Positions 58,048-64,000 of a stretch of DNA of 64,000 bases are shown one piece after another. This DNA is from Pseudomonadota bacterium (GTDB taxonomy: Bacteria; Pseudomonadota; Gammaproteobacteria; Burkholderiales; Burkholderiaceae_C). Under the pieces are notes generated by a model. It was not told the DNA's origin and made no database searches. It saw nothing but the letters and a program-made list of their open reading frames with translations. Location: the NCBI GenBank assembly GCA_049322835.1, contig JBMOQN010000035.1, positions 125,816 through 189,815 of the forward strand, given 5' to 3'. The position numbers and the translations under genes were made by a program. How positions within the stretch are numbered: the stretch's first letter is position 1; the number at the start of each line of letters is the position of its first letter.

Positions 58048-61000
58048 GTCGGCTCCTTACGCGCGGTTGCAGGCGCCGAAGGCGGCGCGGCGGTCGGGGC
58101 AGCCTCGCTGGCAGCCGGCGCCGGCGGGGGCGGCGCGGCTGGGGCACGCTTCTTCACATCGGCCACCCAGCGGGTGACGGCGGCGTCGCCGGCCGGCGTC
58201 AGCGCCAGGTAGCGGTTGTACAGCGCCAGCGCATCGCCGGGGTGGTTGAGGTACAGGTCGTGGAGCACCCCGAGGTTGAGGCTGGCCGGCGAGTAGCCAG
58301 GGTCGGCGGCCAGCGCGGCCTCGTAGGCCTGGCGCGCCTTGACGAAATCACCCTTCTGCCGCGCGGCGATGCCCTGCTGGGTCAGCTGGCCGGCCGGGCT
58401 GGCCGACCCATCGTGGCGCTCCTGCTTGGCCCAGCGACCGGGGCGCAGCTCGCGCAACGCGGCGAAGCTCTTCTGCACCCACTCGTCGTACAGGCCGTCG
58501 GCGCTGCGCAAGGCGTTCAGCTCATGCAGCTCGATCGCCTTTTCCTCGAAGGGGAAGGCCTGTTCCTCCAGCAGCACGTTGTACTGCTGCAGCTCCAGCT
58601 TGTTGAGCTTCTTGGGCCGCTGGGAAGTCAGCAGGGCCTTGCCGAAGTCCTGGTAGAGCGCACCGATGTGGAAGTTCGAGGCGGTCACCACCTCCGCCAC
58701 GCCGTAGTCGGCGGCCACGGCGTACGCCTTGAGGGTTTCCTCCAGCCTGGCCTTCTTCAGCTTCAGTTGCTTCTGCAGCGGCTCGACCAGCTTGACCTGG
58801 GCGTAGCTCTCGCGCACCGGCTCGGCCAACGCGAGCGCGGCCTGCGCACCCAGCGTGCGGGTGCGGCCGGTGCGGGCGCTGCCACCGGCCTGGTCGGCCT
58901 GGAAGATCTCCTTCTGCAGCGCCAGCGCGCGGGCGGCATTGCCCTCGCGCCGGGCCAGCGCGACCAGCCGGGCGCGCGCTTCCATCGCCTGCTCCAACGG
59001 CGCCGGGTACAGGCGCAGGTAGCGCTCGTAGGCCTTGGTCGCGTCGGCGCGTGCCGTGGCGGCCCCGCCCTCGGCGGCCTTCTCGTAGAGCTCGGCGGCT
59101 TGCCACTGGGCCGAGCGCGCGACCTCGGGCTCCTTGCGGGCCGCGGCCAGGCGCTCGTACTCGGCGGCGGCACGGGCCCACTGCCCCTGCTCGGTGTAGG
59201 CCAGCGCCAGCTTGGCGGCCACGTCGTCGGCCAGCGGGTGCTGCGGGAAGCGCTGGCGGAAGTCCTCCAGCGTGCGCGTGGCGGCAGGCCAGTCCTTCAG
59301 CGCGATCAGCGAGGCACCGGCGTCGTACTGGGCGGCGGTGCGCACCGTCGATTGGGGCGCCAGCTCGGCCACTCGGGCGAAGTGGCCGGCGGCATCACGC
59401 ATCTGGCCAGCCTCCCGGGCCTGCTCGCCCTGCTTGTAGACGGCAGCGGCCAGGCGCTCGGTCAAGGCCGTGCGCGCGGCGTCCTTGGCGTCGGTCAGCA
59501 CCAGCACCTCGCCGTAGGCGCGCTCGGCATCGGCGAAGCGGCCAGTCTCGAAGGCATGGTGCGCGGTGACCGTCCAGGCGACCTTGCGCAGCGCAGGTGC
59601 AGCCGGCGGCTGCAGCGCCAGCACCCGCTGGGCAACCTCGGCGGCCCGCCCGCTTTCGCCCAGCACATAGAGCTGGTCGGCAGCGTTGGTCAGCACCGGC
59701 GCGGCGCGGTTGTCGTTCGGGTGGCGCTCGGCGAACCGAAGCGCGCTGTCGACCGCCTGGCGCTGCAACGGCGCGAGCGCGGCCTGCTGGTTGTCGGCGC
59801 GGGCGCGCTTCTCCTGCTCGGCATAGGCCAGCAGCGCGGCGTAGCCGGCATCGGCGCTGTGCGCCTGCGGCGGGAACCTGTAGGCCGCGATCTCATACTC
59901 GGCCGCGGCGGCGGCGAACTGCTTGTCCTCGAACAGCAGCTCGGCCAGCAGGAAGTGGCTGCGCGCCGCATCCGTATCGTCGGGGAAGGCCTCGAGCAGC
60001 GCGCGGTACCAGCGCACCGCCTCCTGCACGTCGGCCGTGGCCTTGCTCTTCTGCGCCAGCGCATGGTGGTGGCGGGCCAGTTCGGCCAGGTGGGTCTTGA
60101 CCAGCGGCTGCGCGCGCTCCCAGCCCTCGGGGTTGGCTTGGCGGAACTCGCTGGCCAGGCCGTAGCGCCCGACATATTCCTTCTTCGATTCCAGCGCGAG
60201 CTGGGCGAAGCCCGCTTGCTCGTGGATCTCGATCACCCGAGCCTGCATCAGCGGCGCCTGGGCGTTGACCGGCTTGCGTCGGGCAAAGGTGGTCAGCGCA
60301 TCGGCCGCGTCCTTGGGCCGGTCCTGCTTGAGATAGAGCGCGGCCAGTTGCTGATAGACGCGGAAGTCGTAGCGCGAGCGCAGGTCCTTGTGGGCAGGCG
60401 CCTCGGTGTAGGTGGGCACCGTCTCGGCACCCTTCAGGCTTTCGAGCGACAGGCTGACGACACGGAAGGTGTCTTCGACCAGCTCACGCTCGGCGCGGCT
60501 CAGCCCTTCGATGGCGTCGAGCTCGTTCTCGAGGTCGGCCGAGGCGTCGAGCGCACCGAGCTTGGCGTCCAGCACGCCGAAGAACGAGACCAGCCCGTCC
60601 TCCAGCCGGCCCTGCTTGTAGACCGACCATCCGTGCATGTAGAGCGCGCGGTCGCGATAGGGGTTGTCCGACTTCAGGACCAGCGCATAGGCCTGCTCGG
60701 CCGCCGGATACTGGCGCGCGGTGAACAGCAGCTCGCCGCGGCGGAACTGCGCCTCGTCGCGGTAGCGGGTGTCGGGGTAGTCCTTGACCAGCTGGTCCAG
60801 TGTCTTCAGTGCCACCTCGAGCTGGCCGCTCTGCTCGTAGGCGCGGGCCAGCTGATAGTGGACGCGGTCGTTCTCCGGGTCTTTCGGGTAGGCCTTGAGG
60901 TAGTCCTGGTAGCGCTGGATGGCGGCCTTGTAGTCAGGGTCGCCACCGCCCTCGGCCATGCGGCTGTCGGCGGCGTCCATCGCGAGATCACCCAGGCGGC

Positions 61001-61229
61001 GCAGGGCCTGCGGGCGCTGGGGCGCGTTCGGCGCGGCCTGCAGGAACCGGTTGTAGGCCTCGATGGCCTGTTCCTCGTTGCCGGCGATCGGCGTGTCGGG
61101 CGCGACGGTGTACTCCTTGCCCGCCAGCGTCTTCAGCGTGGGCGCATCGTCGAAGCCGCCACGTGGCGGCTTGCTCGAGCAGCCGGCGAGCAGCAGCGCG
61201 GCGGCGAGCGTGGTCAGCGCGGGCTTCAC
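58044..61229 (-). CDS. Large TPR lipoprotein (GltD/AgmU-like) with additional C-terminal TPR module
   Basis: LAGC lipobox; many TPRs; YNVLLEEQAFPFEEKAI; C-terminal NLGVLHDLYL...YLAL. Confidence 0.85.
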   Translation of the reverse strand: MKPALTTLAAALLLAGCSSKPPRGGFDDAPTLKTLAGKEYTVAPDTPIAGNEEQAIEAYNRFLQAAPNAPQRPQALRRLGDLAMDAADSRMAEGGGDPDYKAAIQRYQDYLKAYPKDPENDRVHYQLARAYEQSGQLEVALKTLDQLVKDYPDTRYRDEAQFRRGELLFTARQYPAAEQAYALVLKSDNPYRDRALYMHGWSVYKQGRLEDGLVSFFGVLDAKLGALDASADLENELDAIEGLSRAERELVEDTFRVVSLSLESLKGAETVPTYTEAPAHKDLRSRYDFRVYQQLAALYLKQDRPKDAADALTTFARRKPVNAQAPLMQARVIEIHEQAGFAQLALESKKEYVGRYGLASEFRQANPEGWERAQPLVKTHLAELARHHHALAQKSKATADVQEAVRWYRALLEAFPDDTDAARSHFLLAELLFEDKQFAAAAAEYEIAAYRFPPQAHSADAGYAALLAYAEQEKRARADNQQAALAPLQRQAVDSALRFAERHPNDNRAAPVLTNAADQLYVLGESGRAAEVAQRVLALQPPAAPALRKVAWTVTAHHAFETGRFADAERAYGEVLVLTDAKDAARTALTERLAAAVYKQGEQAREAGQMRDAAGHFARVAELAPQSTVRTAAQYDAGASLIALKDWPAATRTLEDFRQRFPQHPLADDVAAKLALAYTEQGQWARAAAEYERLAAARKEPEVARSAQWQAAELYEKAAEGGAATARADATKAYERYLRLYPAPLEQAMEARARLVALARREGNAARALALQKEIFQADQAGGSARTGRTRTLGAQAALALAEPVRESYAQVKLVEPLQKQLKLKKARLEETLKAYAVAADYGVAEVVTASNFHIGALYQDFGKALLTSQRPKKLNKLELQQYNVLLEEQAFPFEEKAIELHELNALRSADGLYDEWVQKSFAALRELRPGRWAKQERHDGSASPAGQLTQQGIAARQKGDFVKARQAYEAALAADPGYSPASLNLGVLHDLYLNHPGDALALYNRYLALTPAGDAAVTRWVADVKKRAPAAPPPPAPAASEAAPTAAPPSAPATARKEPT

Positions 61230-63316
61230 TGGGCGCCCTCCGGGCTCGCCTTGGTGGTGGCGCGGTCGTAGAGCTGGGCCACGGCATAACGGGCCTGGTT
61301 GGTGTAGCCCACCAGACGCTCTTTCTGGGCCTGCAGAGCGACCACCGCGGTCTCCTGCAAGGCGGTCTGCTGCTCCGTGCTGAGCGAGGCCACGCGCGGC
61401 TGCAGCGCGCGGATGCGGGCCGCCAGCTCGTCGATGCGGGCGGCGAAGCGCTCCAGCCTGACCGGCTCGTCGCGTTGCGCCTGGGCCAGCGAAGCGTCGT
61501 GGCGGCGGGCGTCATCCAGCGCCACCGCGGTATCGCGCAGGCCCTTCTCGGTCGCCCAGCGGCGGTCGGTCTGCTCCTGGGCGAGCTGCCAGGTCAACGC
61601 GCCGCGCAGGCGGCGCAGGCGCTCACGCACGCCGGTGGCGTCGACCTCGGCCGAGGCGGCCGGGTTGGCCAGCAGGGCGTCGGCCGCGTCGAGCTTGTTC
61701 CGCGCCTCGCGCTCGGCGGGGGTGGCGTAGGCGACGCCGTCGGCCGCCGCTTCGGCCGCCTGGAAGGCCTGGTCGAGCGCATCCTTCTGGCGCTGCAGGT
61801 CGTCCACGCGCAGCCCGGAAGCGCGCTGCCGCACCTCGGGCAAGCGCTCGGTGAAGGTGATGCGGCGCTGCTCCAGCATGTCGCGGTAGACACCCAGCTT
61901 GTCCTGCCAGCCGTCGAGGTTGCCGGCCAGGAACCGCAGGTCGCGATAGTTCTTGAAGGACTCCTGGAACTCGTGCCCGGCCAGCACCGGCCCGAGGTGG
62001 CCCTGGTGCGGCATGTCGGGCAGCTTGCTGACCGGCAGGAACCAGCCCATGTCCTCGGCCGGGTTCTGCTCGGCCAGGCCGCTGACAAGGCGGCCGCTGC
62101 GGATGGCGGCGATCGATTCGTCGAGCGCGCGGCTCTCACTGTCGAAGGTGGTGATGGCCTCCTGGTAGCGCGCCAAGGCCTGGCCATAGGCGCCCAGCTC
62201 AGCCAAGGCGTAGGGCACGGCGATGCAGGCTTCCAGCACGGCGGCGTCGCTCGGGTCGCGGCCGGCGAGCTCCATCCAGGGCACCAGGGCCTGGGCGGGC
62301 TTCTTCTGCGCCGCGGCCGCCCAGCCGAAGCCGAGCAGCGCCTTGTTGGAATGCACGCCCTGCAGCCGCACCCGCTCCAGCGCCTTCGTGGCGCCCTCGG
62401 GGTCGTCCTGCGTCAGCGCGGCGAAGCCGAGCGCCACGTTGGCCTGGTCGCGCAGCGTGCGCAGTTCCTCGTCGGGCATGGGGCTGCGGCCGATCTCGTC
62501 CAGCAGCTCCTTGCCGCCTTCGATATCACCGCTGCGGATCAGCGCCACGCCCAGGTTGAAGCGGGCAAAGGCCGGGGTGCTGCTGGCCACGGGCTCCTGG
62601 CCGCGGAACAGATCGAGCGTGACGAGGTCGACCAGCCAGCCGCCGATGCGACGGAAGATGCCGGGCTTCTCGGGTGGGGCGCCGCCCGCCACCGGGGTCG
62701 GCGCGGGCGCCACCGGTGGGCGCGTCAGCAGGGGGCGCAAGACCGTGGCAGCGCCGCCCGCATCACCCAGGGCCAACCGCACCTGTCCGTCGAGCAGGAT
62801 GCGCTCTTCTTCCAGCGTACCCGGCAGCTCGCGTTCGATGCGGTCCAGGGCCTGGCCGGCCTCGGCCAGGCTCCCGCGCTGATAGCGGATCTTGGCGAGG
62901 AAGTACCAGGCCCGGTCGCGCACGGCGGGCTCGGCGCCACGGGCGATCAGGCCTTCGAAGATTTGACCGGCCTCGCGGTGCAGGCCGTAGCCCAGCAGCA
63001 GGCCACCGCGCAGGATCTCTGCCTCGTCTTCATGCCTGGGCAGGCGCTCGAACTGCTGCGACACCATCAGGCTCGTCAGCGAGGGGAAGGGCCGGTCCTG
63101 AAAGAAATAGAACAAGGTGTCGCCGTAGTGCGGCGCCTTGATGGTGTGGTCGGGCTTGGGTGGCTCGGCGGCTTGCGCGCAGACACTGGCCAGGCACAGC
63201 GACGCCGTCGCGATGCCTTGGCCAATCCAGGTGGCGTGCGCGGATCCGGCTTGACCGGTCCGCTGCGCGAGCCCCCTCGGGGGGCGGCGACCAGCGGGAG
63301 CGTGGGGGTCCATCAC
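61226..63316 (-). CDS. Exported TPR/coiled-coil protein (GltC-like)
   Basis: HYGDTLFYFFQ, ARFNLGVALI, LRDQANVALG, ALLGFGWA; C-terminal ARYAVAQLYD; overlaps both neighbours. Confidence 0.8.
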   Translation of the reverse strand: MMDPHAPAGRRPPRGLAQRTGQAGSAHATWIGQGIATASLCLASVCAQAAEPPKPDHTIKAPHYGDTLFYFFQDRPFPSLTSLMVSQQFERLPRHEDEAEILRGGLLLGYGLHREAGQIFEGLIARGAEPAVRDRAWYFLAKIRYQRGSLAEAGQALDRIERELPGTLEEERILLDGQVRLALGDAGGAATVLRPLLTRPPVAPAPTPVAGGAPPEKPGIFRRIGGWLVDLVTLDLFRGQEPVASSTPAFARFNLGVALIRSGDIEGGKELLDEIGRSPMPDEELRTLRDQANVALGFAALTQDDPEGATKALERVRLQGVHSNKALLGFGWAAAAQKKPAQALVPWMELAGRDPSDAAVLEACIAVPYALAELGAYGQALARYQEAITTFDSESRALDESIAAIRSGRLVSGLAEQNPAEDMGWFLPVSKLPDMPHQGHLGPVLAGHEFQESFKNYRDLRFLAGNLDGWQDKLGVYRDMLEQRRITFTERLPEVRQRASGLRVDDLQRQKDALDQAFQAAEAAADGVAYATPAEREARNKLDAADALLANPAASAEVDATGVRERLRRLRGALTWQLAQEQTDRRWATEKGLRDTAVALDDARRHDASLAQAQRDEPVRLERFAARIDELAARIRALQPRVASLSTEQQTALQETAVVALQAQKERLVGYTNQARYAVAQLYDRATTKASPEGAQ
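63238..63309 (-). repeat. Palindromic miniature element in frame within the signal-peptide n-region
   Basis: CCCCCACGCTCCCGCTGGTCGCCGCCCCCCGAGGGGGCTCGCGCAGCGGACCGG...CCGGATCCGC. Confidence 0.5.
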
Positions 63317-63921
63317 TGCCAGACTTTGACGTCGAACTCGGGCTGCAGCTTGGCGGTGGAGTCCTTGATGCGCAGCTCGATGTACTTGGGCTCCGAGCCC
63401 TTGTCGAACTTCAGCGTGGTGCCGCGTTTGTAGTCGCGCACGTTCGGGCCCTGCCCGGTGAAAAAGGCGACGATCTCGTGCGAGCCCGCCTTGAGGTTGC
63501 CGACGTAGACGCGCTGCACGCCACCGCGGTGGAGCGCGGCCACCTCGGCCGGGGTGTAGAGGTAGTTGGCAATGACCTTGTCGTCGAGCTTGATCTGCAC
63601 CGAATCGAGCGAGAACAGCTTGCCCACGTCCATCGAGACGAAAAGCGCGACCTGGGTGCTGGCTGGGAACAGCAGTTCCTCTTCCAGCACCAGCAGGTCG
63701 CGGTTGAGCTTGATGACATCGGCCTTGACGTCCTGCACACGCGTGTCGAGCGCCGCCTCGGGCGCGCTGGCGGGCGCCGACGTCGGGGCAGGGGCCGATG
63801 CGGCAACGGCAGGGGCCGCCGAGGCCGTCGGGGTGTCGGCCGCAAGCGCGGGGGCCGTAAAGGCCATCCCTGCCAGCAGGACGGCGGTGAAGGCGGCGCG
63901 CAAATGGGTCAGCGAAGGCAT
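63313..63921 (-). CDS. Exported conserved protein of the Agl/Glt-like operon
   Basis: Signal peptide; LNRDLLVLEEELLFP, ALHRGGVQRVYVGNL; overlaps the next gene. Confidence 0.8.
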   Translation of the reverse strand: MPSLTHLRAAFTAVLLAGMAFTAPALAADTPTASAAPAVAASAPAPTSAPASAPEAALDTRVQDVKADVIKLNRDLLVLEEELLFPASTQVALFVSMDVGKLFSLDSVQIKLDDKVIANYLYTPAEVAALHRGGVQRVYVGNLKAGSHEIVAFFTGQGPNVRDYKRGTTLKFDKGSEPKYIELRIKDSTAKLQPEFDVKVWQ

Positions 63922-63981
63922 GCCGGGGTCTCGCAAAAAGTGTTCTCGTCGGGACGAGGCCTCCGGGCCTCTTCCGCTGGA

Positions 63982-64000
63982 TCAGAAATTGGCCGTCACG
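63982..64000 (-). CDS. C-terminus of an upstream gene, possibly an outer-membrane beta-barrel
   Basis: Minus strand GTG ACG GCC AAT TTC TGA = VTANF-stop, terminal Phe; only six codons visible. Confidence 0.35.

Noticed and set aside
50540-61271. Very long opposite-strand or alternate-frame ORFs (e.g. 50540-53707 minus, 58242-61271 plus; similarly 24797-27751 minus)
   Set aside because: Shadow ORFs typical of high-GC DNA; they overlap well-supported genes and have no recognisable motifs.

Overview
GC-rich betaproteobacterial chromosome segment; gene content suggests Burkholderiales (Ideonella/Rubrivivax/Piscinibacter-like, an inference). I found no rRNA, tRNA, CRISPR array, transposase or integrase. 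In order: (1) TorF-like outer-membrane gene, ECF sigma, zinc anti-sigma and S8 lipoprotein protease, plus a convergent His-rich Tat lipoprotein that shares a promoter-like motif; (2) PLP dehydratase, LysE and MocR regulator; (3) a small island with a lux-box-like palindrome, two out-of-frame LuxR HTH ORFs and a leukocidin/cytolysin-like protein; (4) a sigma54-type operon for extracellular PHB degradation and uptake (SBP, PhaZ, Liv-type ABC, 3HB-oligomer hydrolase, alpha/beta hydrolase); (5) about 10 kb of accessory genes (RTX protein, repeat-flanked orphan, X-Pro peptidase, methyltransferase, vanadium haloperoxidase, GlxA regulator) followed by a PAS-sigma54 activator; (6) a malonate operon; (7) M14 carboxypeptidase; (8) a T2SS cluster (gspC, G-N, D, E, F); (9) an operon resembling the myxobacterial Agl-Glt motor core (TPR proteins, GltF-like, ExbB, two ExbD, AgmX/GltG-like TonB protein) that continues beyond the window. 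Block 9 is the best candidate for an uncharacterised system. All calls come from motif recognition by eye; no database searches were run.
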